A stretch of 64,000 bases of DNA from the human T2T-CHM13v2.0 reference genome, Homo sapiens. The notes beneath the pieces are model-generated. The model had not been told where the DNA came from. It searched no databases and was given only the letters and a program-made list of their open reading frames with translations. Position numbers and translations under genes: made by a program. The stretch lies in NCBI RefSeq assembly GCF_009914755.1, contig NC_060939.1; one strand, given 5' to 3'. Positions 13,862 through 27,489 of the stretch are shown here, in pieces (position 1 is the first letter of the stretch; each line of letters starts with the position of its first letter).

Positions 13862-14695
13862 CCAGAGGCAAACTTACCATAGAGCCTGTAAAGGTAAAGC
13901 CCAAGGACCCCTCACTAGCAGAAGCCTTCTCCCAGGCCTTGGGGAAGGTCGTAGCTGTGTGTTCACTTGGTCTTTTACTGCTTGTGATATTTACAAGTGC
14001 AAGATGTTTTATACAAGGCTGCTGTCTTTTTCTCCTCTGACATCCCCTGTCACCTGCTCCTTTTATTAAGGGCAGGTGATTATCACCCGGCTAAGGGGAT
14101 GCTTTCCAAACAAGGTTAGTGGAATATGGGGCATGGCGACTTCTGTCTAGGATGAAGTGCACCCCGATGTTATTGTCTGTCAAGGGTCTAGGGCTCCAGA
14201 GGTGTGGGTGGCATGAAGGAGAAACCTGGAGCCCACAGCTTGTGTGTGGGAGCCCCAAACTTTACACGAGAGAAACCTGAGGCTTTTTCCACACTGCAGA
14301 ATCCTAAACATGCAGGTCCTATTTCCAATAATGCTACAAGTTTAAGTAAACTTCTAAAAACTATTTATAATGTAATTCTGCTTCCCCGTGCTGGAGGAAA
14401 TAAATATATTCTGAGTCTTGCTCCTAAAAAATAATGTTATTAAATCATTGTCATGGAAGGTCGTGATCAAAGAGTTTGCAGCCAAAAGATGCAGGGCAGG
14501 TGAGAATGATGAAGGAGGGCCAGTGGTCAGATTAATAAAAATAAGATCTATTCCTTTTAGATGTGATTTTTGTGATATTTGCAGTTTTAAAATATGACAT
14601 TTTTCTCATTAGAAACAAATATTGATTTTTCATAATTCATATTAATAATTTATATTAATGTTATAATTTTGCATTATTTTCCTAAAAAGGGCCTG
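13862..14695. mobile_element. hAT-Tip100 DNA transposon relic (MER115/Zaphod-like)
   Basis: Left end ggcaaacttaccatagagcctgtaaaggtaaagcccaaggacccctcactagca and right end ttgcattattttcctaaaaagggcc resemble the recalled consensus ends. Confidence 0.45.
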
Positions 14696-16419
14696 GGTTG
14701 CATTAACATCAGGTGACTGACATGGCCTCCTCAGGGGAGCCACGTGCCCCTCTGTGGCAACAGGGCGTCACCCCCTGCTATGCTTCCCCGGGCCTGTCAC
14801 TAACCCTTCACAACCTGCCCTCCTCGGAGCAGCCTTGGTCCTCTGGGCTCTGATGTGGCTCTCTGACTGCTGCACCCCTCACCTTTCCAACTTCAGCCTG
14901 GTGGTCTGGGGACCAGATGTGGCCTCCAGCAGAGAGCTCCCATCTTGCCAACAGGGCCTCCTTGTCTGCAGGTGTCTGCCCTCCCCTGGTGCGGGGCCTT
15001 CACAGGGCTTACCAGACCCCACGGTGCACCTGTCCTCAGGGGTGTTAGTCTTTATGTAAATCTAGCACAGTGCCCCGCAAAGGACTCTTAATAAGGGAGG
15101 TGCCTGGGCTAAGCTGGGAAGAATGCTCAACCAGGCGGCCAGACCTTGGGAAAACCCTTGTGCCTGTGAAGCAGGGACAGGCGCCCAGGGAGAGAGGGAA
15201 GCCCACCGTCAAAGCCATGTTTCCCAGGACAACTGAATAAATAACACCTGCAAGAAACAAAAAAACATATATTTGAGTTATGCTTCCATACCTGAGAAGG
15301 AAAAAATAAAAATGGTTTTACTCTAATCACTGCATTATACATTGTTAGATAAGAAACCTGAACAACCTTTAATTGGCAAAGGCCTATTACTACCATTTTG
15401 TAAAGAAAACAGCCAGTGGCTTCTTTTCCTGATTTGTTTATCTAACTCAAGCTAACGAGCTGAGGCCCAATAGGGGGAAAGAGGCTTTGTCCCCCAGCAA
15501 GTGTCTCCTGCAACCAGAATCTCAAGGTTCCCATCCTGCTCTAATCTCCTTTTTTTCATTTGGTCCTCTTCTTTAATAAAGGAAGGGAGAAAAGTGTGAG
15601 GAAATAGTTTCCAAATTTTCTAGAAGTTACAGATGGATATTGTGAATAAGCATAACTTTTCTTCTGTTTTCTTAAAATGATCCGCGTGTCGCGGTAATTC
15701 GTGGCTTATTTGGAAATTATTGAGCTCTGCAGTGACTGAAACAAATCATGAACTTGGGCTGTTCACCAGCCTGATGGTTTACATTGGAGGGTCCGCATGA
15801 GTTTCATCTGTTAGTATTTCAGACACATTAATTTCATAGCATTAAGGAATTATATAGAATCTTTATTTTCAGATAGACATTGTAAGAATTTTTTTTCTTT
15901 GCAAAAAGGAAGGATGATTAATGCCATTACAAAGTAAGTTTATGAGAGAAATAAAAATATTTCTATGTGGGTGGGAAGTGTTTCTTCAACATTTAGTCAA
16001 ATGTAGACACAATAAAACATCCACACCATGCATAGCCTCACTCTGTCTTAAAGTGGCATTCATGGCAAGATTTCAGAACGAAGAAGAGCTTGCACCCGGA
16101 ACACTGTAGGACGCTCCCCTCTGCTACAGGGAAAGAGTACGATCTTGTGTGGGACAGGGGTGGGGATTCCCGCCTTGCTCTGCAAGCCTCCACCTCATGG
16201 ATGGTTCTCGAATACTTCATGCAAAATTCAGACCTATGAAAGTCCTTCCAATAATGGAAGATGGGACATAGGAAGAAACCATCCCATCATGTTCTTCTTG
16301 CAAAAGTAAGATAGAGAAATGAGAAAAAAGTGGAAAATTAGTTTCAAGAGGGAAAGGCTAACTCTAGGCAGGGATATGGAAATGTAAACTTTTAGAGTCA
16401 GAAGGGTCGTTACATTTAA

Positions 16420-16745
16420 TCCAATCCGACACTTGCATTGTACGTATGAGGAGACTGAGGCTAAGGAAGGTAAATGATGTCGCACAGTTTATGAACAGTG
16501 TAAATGTGGAGGACACTTCTGCCCTGGGGTTCTTCTACACGCCCCGAGTCTAACACCCAGACTCTGCTGCTGATGCCCCTCTCAGTCGCATCCAGGGAAA
16601 TGGATTTGAGCTGCAGAGTTTAGAATAATTGGTACTTAGTAGCTGTGTGACTGGATGAAGGTTACTCAATGTCTTAGGCCTCAGTTTACCCTTGGAAGGA
16701 AGGGTGGTCACTGTCTCTGTGTCAGGAATCCAGTCGCCTGGCACA
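16420..16745. mobile_element. Two MIR fragments in opposite orientation
   Basis: atgaggagactgaggctaaggaaggtaaatga (minus-strand core) and tagctgtgtgactggatgaaggttactcaatgtcttaggcctcagttt (plus-strand core). Confidence 0.55.
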
Positions 16746-19700
16746 GAATGCACCTGTGCCTCCTGGGAGGGATGCTAGAACACGCCTTCCATCCAGCTCT
16801 GTGTTCTCCCGATCTCATACTGCATCTTAAAGTGCTTTATGGGGAAGGGGCACAAACTGCTCCTAATGGGGATGGAGACAGAAGATAAGGAGAAAAAGGG
16901 CGAACAAGAGGGCCCTGATTGCCAGTCACTCTTTGCCTTACCCTGTGTATAGACTAAAAAGGCTCATTCAGAAATTGTTAGTGGAGGGTCCTGTAATTCA
17001 AAATATTTTTGACATATTGAGTAATGTTGGTAAAATTCTTCAAGTTTTCTGAGCTTCAATTTCTCTGTTATACTTAGGTTAAACAAACAAAAAGCTTTGA
17101 ACAATTTCAGATTCCAAAATTCAGATGGGGCTTTTGTAGAGAATATTGGTTACTTTGACATTATTGATCGCATTGGCGGGCCCTGGATGTGCTTGGGAGG
17201 ACATTTTCATCCTTCTCGTCTCGTTCCTCAATCCAGTAAACCAGTGTTCAAAGAAAGAAGGGAGTAAAACTTAAAAATGCCCATATGTGCCTCCCTGACC
17301 ATTCTCACATACTGAATTTTAGTTAAAGTATTGAGTGTGTTCTCTGTGCAAATATAGCCTATTACACATTTTAGTCAGAAATCATCGTTAAGCTCAAATC
17401 CTGCCAGGATGGAGGGAAGGCAGCTGTCAGCTCACAGTCTGTTCTGCAGGGATGCCTTTGAACTTGCTGCTGCACCATCTATATGCCTGTCTCACTCTAC
17501 ACCTCACTGAGGTCTTGGCTTCTGTATGGCTTTCCCATGTCTCCAGCACCTGCACACCCCAGAACCCTTTCCCTCCTTCCCCACTCTATCAGTCTGGACG
17601 GGCTCCTCTGACAAACTGCTCTGGATGCTTCTCACCCAGGGCACGTGGTTCACGTGAGTCAGCAGAGCTCTGCTCCACACAGTCTCTCAGGGCCTGAATG
17701 GGTGAGCAGGTCCCACATGGGCTCTTCCAGGGCCCTCCGAGGAGTGGCACATACCACTCTGCTTGTGTTTCACTTCATCGTGAGTGATGTGGCCACACCC
17801 AGCCCCAAACGGGGAACAACAGTTCTATCACATGCCTGCAAGCAGGGAAGCCGCGGTATTTGGCAAACAGCACCAATGACTATCATGATCTGTATCTAGC
17901 CACTGAATATTAGCTTCTGTCTTTCTCATCAGAGAAAAATACACTTCTCCCATCTTCAAAGGAGGCAACTCAAAAGGTCAACCTTGTTCCGGCCCAAGGT
18001 CAAGGTTATGTATATATGCGTATACCTGTCCTGGTAGAGACATCAAGTCTGGATGTGGTTTTCTTTGATCCACTGACCTGTAAACTAAGAAGACCTATCT
18101 GATCTCCCTCCTGCCCCACACGTGCAGTGTATGTACTAAGGTGGAAAAGGGCCAGCCTAAGTCCCCACTGGGCAGATCCTGATGGGCTGGGTTCCATGAG
18201 GTGAGGTTTTTCTTAGATTCAGCTCTAATTCTTTCCCTAGGGTGGGGCCCCTGAGGTATGTTTTCACTCTTACTCTTGCCTCCATTGTCTGGGAATATAT
18301 TCTTTTTCCATTAACCATTTTTGCCATGGTAAAGTGGGCATTGGATAATACACCTCCTTTGGGGTCCAAGCAGAGGCTGCCATTTGCCCATGAAAGACAG
18401 GCAGGCAACGGTACCATTCAATCTCAAGTAGTCATTTTTCTTCCTGACTTGTGGTTCCTTTGGCAGAACTTCCTTAAAACCGAGCCAACTTTCTACCTGA
18501 GGCCAGCTTCACATGTGCACAGCCACATTCAGAGTTCTTTCTCTGTGCAATGCCAAGAGCTGCTGTGCATCTTTGCTTCTGCAGGCCAGCACCTCTCCCT
18601 CTCCAGGGCTTTACTCTGAGCCTTTCTCTCTGAAGTATAGGTATTTGGGCCCTACAGCTTTCAGTGGAAGGGCCACACCTTAGTTTCTTTCCCTTGAGCC
18701 ATATTTGCATAATTAAAGAGGTTACTGGGTGGCAGCCTAATCCATTTAGAGGCTTTAGCAATGGGTGTGATTATTTCTGCCAGGTTGTTTCAATGGACTT
18801 TGGCACTGCAAAGTCCCCTTAGAGATTTCACCCATGCATGACACCAGGCGTCTGGCTTCCAGTCCCACATTCCTGAGCTCTAAGCATCAATGCTACCTGC
18901 TTTCGTTTCATTTCACCACTCTTTGAACCCCATTTTTGTATCAGTCAGCACATGCTAGGTTATATGACAGAAACACACACATGCACACACTCACACACAC
19001 ACTTACACACACACCTTCACTGTGTGGCTCTGGGTTCAGAGTCTGTCAGTGAGAGGCATGCCAAGTTTCGGAAGGCAGAAACAAGGCTGAGGCCATTCAT
19101 CCCCAAGGGCACATTCAGACAGACACATGGACTTGGGAGGGTCCATCTGGTTGCTGAGATGCTACATGTGACCTGCCATGGCTGCTGAGCCATGAGAGGC
19201 TTCTGGAAAAGCTCGCTGAGAACCTGCTCCCAGCTGTTGCTTTCCTGCCATTTGCTCCCCCAACTGCACAAATGCTTATGCAAGACTCACATTGCCTGTT
19301 CCATAATTCCTCCTCTGCTGGATGCCTGGATACCTTTTGTTTCCTCTAATTTGAATCCTTAATAATACACCAGCCTTATTTTTGTGTGCAGTGTAAATGA
19401 CCACCAACCTATTTATTTAAGGCCCATCTTCCCTGGATAGAATATAAGCTCTAGGAGGGAGGGGGTTTCTTGTTGGCACAGTGCTGGGTCTTCCTTGCTT
19501 TGAAAAGCCTGGCATACTCAGTGAAGCAAAGAAATGATGAATGAATGCATTAGTTAATGAAAGACCAGTTGAATTATAAACCTGAAATTGAATTACCTAT
19601 CACAGAAAGATTCTTTAATGGGAAACTCAGTGGAAAGGGTAAATATGAGATTTGTTGAGAATCAAAAAATTCAGACTCTGCAAAAGTAATATGTTTATAA

Positions 19701-20129
19701 TATCTAATACATAACAAAAATTATGCAAGATATAAAAATCCCTTACAATCAGCCTCTACATCCTTCTTACCATGAACCTAAAATAATTCTTTAAACTGTG
19801 ATGAGGGGAGTGGCCTCTGAGGCAGCCCAGTCTGCAGGCACTTCTTTGGGTCTCCTAGAGTGCCCCTAGGATAGAATCAGTCCTATCCTAACCATTTGAT
19901 GGCTGCACAAAGTCTTACTGGGCACCGTGAACACTGCAGTGGCTTCAACCCTGGGCCTTTGCCTCTGTAATTTGTACCTCTTCAGCCTGCTCTTGGAATT
20001 GGCATTTGGCTGGGTGGCCGTCCTCTCTACAGTTCTTTGTTGTATTTTATTTCTTACTTTTCTTTTTGTTTTGCTTTTTGTTGCTTGAGAAGACTCAAGT
20101 ACAAATAGTCATAACTATTATATGAATGA

Positions 20130-20310
20130 ATATGAATGGATCACTTACTCTCTGCCAGGCACTAAGGGTGCTCATTTAATCACTTCCTTTTATCTTCGTT
20201 AACACCTTGAGAAGGTGGACACTATTATGTTCCCCATTTTATAGATCAGAGAACAGAGGCTCCAATAGGTCCTGCTACCTGTCAAGGCTTGGACTTGGGA
20301 GCCTAGGGTT
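20130..20310 (-). mobile_element. MIR fragment
   Basis: tgccaggcact ... actattatgttccccattttatagatcagagaacagaggctc. Confidence 0.6.
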
Positions 20311-20603
20311 TGCCTCCACACCCTGAAATAGATTCTACTGTCTCTCTTAGCCCCTCTTCACACTTTGTATATTTATTGGAACTTAAGATTTATAGTATGT
20401 CACATAATGTTACTACACTGTTGACAAATAATATTGGTCATCATTCACTGAGTGCTTGCCATGTTGAACCAGTCTCTATCAGAAAGAGAATTGGGGAGGT
20501 GAGGATGTCAACATGGAGAGAACACAACGTTTGACAAAGAGAACAAATTATACAGAACATTTATTAATAGAACTGTCTTGCCTCTCCTTCTGCTCTGTTT
20601 CAG

Positions 20604-20824
20604 GAATACCAAATTGACATATTTTTTGCTCAGACCTGGACAGATAGTCGCCTTCGATTCAACAGCACAATGAAAATTCTTACTCTGAACAGCAACATGG
20701 TGGGGTTAATCTGGATCCCAGACACCATCTTCCGCAATTCTAAAACCGCAGAGGCTCACTGGATCACCACACCCAATCAGCTCCTCCGGATTTGGAATGA
20801 CGGGAAAATCCTTTACACTTTGAG
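20604..20824 (+). CDS. GABRG3: GABA-A receptor gamma-3 subunit internal coding exon (probably exon 4), extracellular ligand-binding domain
   Basis: Polypyrimidine tract plus cag acceptor ending at 20603; donor AG|gtaaga at 20825. Translates without stops as [73 protein letters not shown](R), with the WxPD motif and an N-S-T sequon. Residues match gamma-3 rather than gamma-2 ([19 protein letters not shown]) as I recall them; 221 bp is the typical size of this GABA-A exon. Confidence 0.97.
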
Positions 20825-22600
20825 GTAAGATGCTGCATCGATCTTTGATTACTCCTGGTTTAAAATGGGATCCTTAATTTGAATCACTGTAGGAATGAGA
20901 CCCTATTTTCATCTCTAAGTCTATTCTCTTTCACGTGAGACATACTACAGCATCCTGAGAAAGTCTGCCCTCATGCAACATGTGTAAAAATAAAAGCATA
21001 CAGATGATCCACAGAGAATATAAGTTCATTTCTTCAGAATCTATTTCTGCTGGAAGTAGGCTGTGAAAGTTATTCTTAATAGATTTACACCATAGGTCCT
21101 CTCCCCTAGGAAAATACAGATGTCTTGGTGCACTAATCAACAAATGTAGTTAGAGTAAATCTGAGACCACAAGGAAGAGGGGCAGAGTCAGCCCCTTTCC
21201 CAGCACATCCCTAAGGGAAGTGGCAGCTCCCCTGGAGTGTGTCCTCCTGGAGTCAGGGAAGTCTTCGAAGAAACCCAGAGAGGTAAGGGAAACTGAGCTT
21301 CCAAGAAGGGAACTGACTCGCCCACAGTCACCACTGGGAGCCTGTCTCTCCCAGGTCTCTCCACTGGGATGGTCAGAGTCTAACTGAACACACAGCAACA
21401 CAGCACTAGCAATGACGGGCCCTCTGCACTCCTGTCTGCTCGCCCAGCACAGGGACTGGATGGTCCCTCCAGCAGTGTCCTCTGAGCGGGTGGTGCTGCT
21501 CCAGAGGACACTGCACTCCCTTCTTCCTGAGGTCTCAGAAGCCCTGGGTGCATCTAGGCTTTGCTGTCATGGGCTCACTCTCACTGCCCCGGGGCACAGG
21601 GCTCCTTCTTGCACCTGCTTTGTGGCTGCATCTCCCCACTCTGCTCTTTCTGCCTCAGGGCTTGACCCCTGTCACTTTACTCTCCTTACCCATCCCTGCT
21701 GGCTTAGCTCATCCATCCTGAGAATGAAAGCCATGTGCGTACTGAGAATTCCCACAAGGAGAAATCTGATTCCTCACATTAAATAAATGTCCACAGCACC
21801 CACACAGGCGCAGATGGACATTAAAATAAGCAGACTGTGAGACAGCATTAAAGTTTCAGGGAAATCCTCATTTTGCCAGGGAGGGAACAATTACAGCAAA
21901 AACAAACAAACAAAAAAAAAAACCAAAAAAAAAAAACACGCCACAGCTGGGAACCATGCTGATGAAAAACATTGCGAGCTGGAGTTTGTAGAAGTTGTCT
22001 CCTCATCAGTTGTAAAGCCATACACCGGAGACTCTGACATGACACGGAACTTCAGCAAGCCAGGGCGAAGACCTGGCCAGTTCTGGAACCCCGTGTAGAC
22101 ACTGAAATATGGGGCTGCTGCCCTGGGAGGATGCAGGGCCCCCATTTGGCAGAGCTACCACCTGCCTAGTGAAAGAGGGGCAGTTGTCCAAACAGGAAAT
22201 CCCCCCCGATGCGTGCATTAATTTGGCATAATAGCTGTTTAGATAAACACACCAGTTTCCAAATGGAGGAAGGATTTAATTCAAACAGATTGAAAACAAC
22301 TTATAAAACAACAGTTGGTTTTGTCTCCTCTCTGACTTGGCGTGTATTTCTAGACACAGTTGGAATTTTACTAACTGGAATTCTCTGTGCCACTGATAGT
22401 TAAAAGCAAAACAAAATAACCCAACATGAAAGCAACACAGCACAGTCTCACCGTGAATGGTTCCCGGGCCAAGAGTGAGCCGCACATGCTGCCCTGGGTG
22501 ACGGAACGGCCCTCTCCATCCCCACATGGGGTGCCGTAACGGCCGCCGGCCTTGCCCTGTGCTGTGTGCTGAGCTAGACTGACACTTGGCTTTTTCGCAG

Positions 22601-22683
22601 GCTCACCATCAATGCTGAGTGCCAGCTGCAGCTGCACAACTTCCCCATGGACGAACACTCCTGCCCGCTGATTTTCTCCAGCT
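22601..22683 (+). CDS. GABRG3: GABA-A receptor gamma-3 subunit Cys-loop exon (probably exon 5)
   Basis: Branch-like ctgac at 22579-22583, acceptor tttttcgcag ending at 22600, donor gtgagt at 22684. Phase matches the upstream exon (AG+G = Arg). Translates (R)[27 protein letters not shown](Y) with the C-x13-C Cys-loop signature; 83 bp. Confidence 0.97.
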
Positions 22684-23044
22684 GTGAGTACCAGTCCAAG
22701 CCCGGGGTGTGCATGCTGTGTGAGGGATGCCTAGCCTGGTACTGCTTCTGTCAAACAGTCATGTGATTGATCACAGTGTCCCTGCACACACAGAGAAAAC
22801 TGATGATGGTTTCAGTATTGACCACCTGGGTGTTTTCACTCTAGACCTTGTCACATAGGAGCCATGTTACAAAATAGGTGATCTCGATAAGGCTGTGAGC
22901 AACTTGACCATTGACATGGAAGGATTCAGAAACTGATGAACCATTGATTTACCAAAGACCCTTATGCTAATGAGCTGTGCATACTATTTGGAAGTATACA
23001 AAATTCCTATGTAATATTTTAGATTTAACATTATCTTTTTTAAA

Positions 23045-23363
<319 letters not shown>

Positions 23364-23754
23364 TAACATTATTTTAAAGTAAGGTGATTTGTCTACCAAG
23401 TAGAAAGATACAAATTTTTCTTTAATTTTACTTATATTTGTCTCATTGAACCATTGTAAGATGATTTAATTTTTCGTAGTATTTTATCTTCCAACATTTT
23501 ACTTATGGTAGATATCACAGTTAATCCTTTACAAGTTCTTAAAGACAACATCTACTGCTTAGTATAAGAGTACATATAAAAGGAATATCAAATATCAAAT
23601 CTATTTATACAATTTTTAAGTTAAAATCAAAATGGAAAGATATCTGGTGAATGAATTTACAATGGGGCATTTTAAATGAATTAATCACAAGTACTTATGT
23701 ATGACTCATAAGAATTCAGTTTATTGTATTGGCTTTCTTTAAAATTGCATATGG

Positions 23755-24156
<402 letters not shown>

Positions 24157-24829
24157 TCAAATGTAAAATATGTTCATCGCTTATTTTACTTTTGCTTCTG
24201 CTCCTCGCAAGTGTGCGGCCCGTGGAGGCCCAGGTCCAGATCCAGAGACCAGCAGAGCTCTGCACACCATGCACGTGTTCTCACTGGAAACCTTATTTCT
24301 TTCTGTAATAGCTTCCCTTGTTCTGTCATACTGTAAAAATGTGTTTAAATCATTCACAGAGCCTTTTAAGTGCTCAGTTCCAGGAGGGGATTGTGTGCAC
24401 ATGGACTTACACAATGCTGCCAGAAAGAATAGTGCTTGTATAAATTGTTTTAAAAAGATTTTTATAGAAATAAAATAATTTAAATTCTTAAAGACAATTC
24501 ACACATAGTACTCAGGGAAATACATGAAAGTGAATGCCTTTCTGGAATTAGTTGGCAATGAGCATAAAGTACTAGGAAGAAATCTGGCATAGTAGTAAAA
24601 ATGGTTTGTGTGACCAACCACATCTATTTCCCTATTTCTGGTGTGTCGTGGTAGTGATGGGTGGTCAGAGTGAATGTAGGAGCCAGGGGGTGGACAGTCT
24701 TATATATAATGTCAGAAAGTGGCACCTTCAATGCATGAGCAAAGAAAAATTATCATATCTGAAAATCAGGGAGTGGCAGGATCAAATTCATGTTCAGGAA
24801 TAGTATGAAAGATCTTATAAGAGCAAAAG

Positions 24830-25665
24830 TGGGTGTACACAGTTATATACCTATTGGAATGGCAAAAATCTGAAACACTGGCAACCTTAAATGCAGTGGG
24901 GATGTGGGGCAACAGGAACTCTCACTCATCGCTGGGGGGATGCACAGTGTCACAGCCCTTTTGGAAGACACCTGGGTCGTCTCTTACAGAAGTAGACATA
25001 CTGGTACTATATGATCCAGAATTTGCACTCCTTGGCATTTACCCAAATGAATTAAAACTTATGTCCACACCAAAACTTGCATACAGGTGTTTATAGCAGC
25101 TTTCTTCATAATTGCCAAAATTTGGAAGCAACCAAGATGTCCTTTGGTAAGAGAATGGATAAACAAACCACGGCATATTCATGCAATGGAATATTATTCA
25201 GCACTACAAAGAAAGGAGCTACCGAGCCATAAAGAGACATGTAGGAAACTTAAATGCATATTTACTAGGTAAAAGAAACCAATCTGAAAAGGCTGCATAC
25301 TCTGATTCCAGCTATATGATATTCTGGAAAAGGCAAAACTGCGGAAACAATAGAAAGGTCAGTGGTTGCCAGGGGTTGTGGGCAGAGGGAGGAGTTTTAG
25401 GACAGTGAAACTATTCTGTATGATACTGTCATGTTGGACATATTTGTCCAAACCCATAGAATGTACAACACTAAGAATGAATGCTAAAATCAGTCCCTGG
25501 ACTTTGGGTGATAATGATGTGTCAACCTAGGTTCATTGATGGTAACAAATGGACCACTCTGGTGGGGGATGTTGACAGTTGGGGAAAGGAGTACTTGGGA
25601 ATTCTGTACTTTCTGCTCAATTTTTCTGTGAACCTAAACCTGCTTCTTTTTTAAAAGTCTAGTAA
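24830..25665 (+). mobile_element. L1MC-type 3' fragment
   Basis: ORF 25087-25272 gives FIAAFFIIAKIWKQPRCP...EWINK (L1 ORF2 end); 3' UTR ggactttgggtgataatgatgtgtca ... ttttctgtgaacctaaa. Confidence 0.85.
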
Positions 25666-26028
25666 AAACTTATTGGAGGTAAAGAAATCAATTAGGAATC
25701 TATTGCAATCATAAACCAAAATGTTCTGATAGAGCCATATTATCAAATTAAAAAAAAAAAACTTGGATGCCCAAAATATAAAACAGTGCTTTAAAGTATA
25801 AGTTTTTGAACCACTTTACATGTGTAGCATTAATTCATATGTATAGGATTCACTATTCATAAATGAGAATAATAACACTGTCCTAATGAAAACACTCATT
25901 GGTAATTTGGAGTGATGGAGGATACTTGCATCTAAATCAGTTTGGTACCTAAGTTGTTTCCACATGATGGGTGTCCATTTTCAGGAAGAGGCCAATCCTA
26001 ATACCAATAAGCAACTGAAAGTGAAGTG

Positions 26029-26447
<419 letters not shown>

Positions 26448-26994
26448 TTAAAAATTTTATAGTAACAAAGCTGAACAACTTGTTATATTCACTATCATAC
26501 AAATAAAAGTTAGGAAAACTGCCCAAAATGTACAGTAAGATATAAAGTGATCATAAAATTGAGTAACAACTTTTAGGCTGGTCTTGGCTCTCTGAGTTTC
26601 CAATATATGCACAGAGATGAGGTGGTAACATTTACTATATAACATGTTTGGGTAATAACTTTGATTTTTATGTTTTAAATAGTTGAGATTTTTGAAATAA
26701 TATTTTAATTAATTAAAAATTTCCTATAGCACTTTCTGTAGTCATTGTGGTTAAGGATCACATTTTAAAAATTCCTAAAATGTAGTTTAAAAGGTAATGT
26801 TATTAGTTTATTTAAACTTGTTAAAATTATTAAAACTAAATTTTAAATTACTTATATGGATGAATTAAAAGTGATTTTGATATGGACTCTTGGACAAACA
26901 TTTTTAGTGTCCAGAACTTGGCCATAATTGTGTATTTAGTGTACTCATAGAAACTGAACCATAAAGAATATTCAATTGCAAACAGCATTGGTTG

Positions 26995-27489
26995 TTTTAT
27001 TCATTTCCTATTACTCGTGCAACAAATTACTGCAAACTTAGTGGCTTGAAACAACATCAATTTAATATCTTACATTTCTGTAGATCACAAATCTGAACTG
27101 GGCTAAAATCAAGGTGTGGGCAGGGCACCATTGCCGCCTGGAGTCTCTGGGGGAGAATCTGTGCCCCGGCCTTTTTCAAGCTCCTAGAGGCCGCCCGCAT
27201 TCCATAACGTGGGTCCCCTTCTTCTATCTTTGGAGCCAAAAACAGCACCTCTCTCTGATCCCACTTTTGTTGTCATATCTCTCTTAGACCACAGCAGGAG
27301 AGCTCCCCTGGTTTTGAAGACCTGTGTGATTAGGTTGGGCTCACCCACATGGGCCAAGATGATCTCCCATCTAAGATCCTTCACTTACTCACATCTTTGA
27401 AGTCCTTTCTGCCGCGTAAAGTGACACAGTAGCAGGTTCTGGGGTTGAGCAAGTGAACGTCCTTGCTGGTTACTAGTTTGCCTGCCACG
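26995..27489 (-). mobile_element. MaLR solo LTR (MLT1C/D-like)
   Basis: aacaaattactgcaaacttagtggcttgaaacaaca ... gggctaaaatcaaggtgt ... tctctgggggagaatctgt ... gatctcccatctaagatcctt are MLT1 hallmarks. Confidence 0.8.

Noticed and set aside
22371-22658. 95-aa minus-strand ORF overlapping the Cys-loop exon
   Set aside because: Antisense shadow of the real exon in GC-rich sequence; no independent support.
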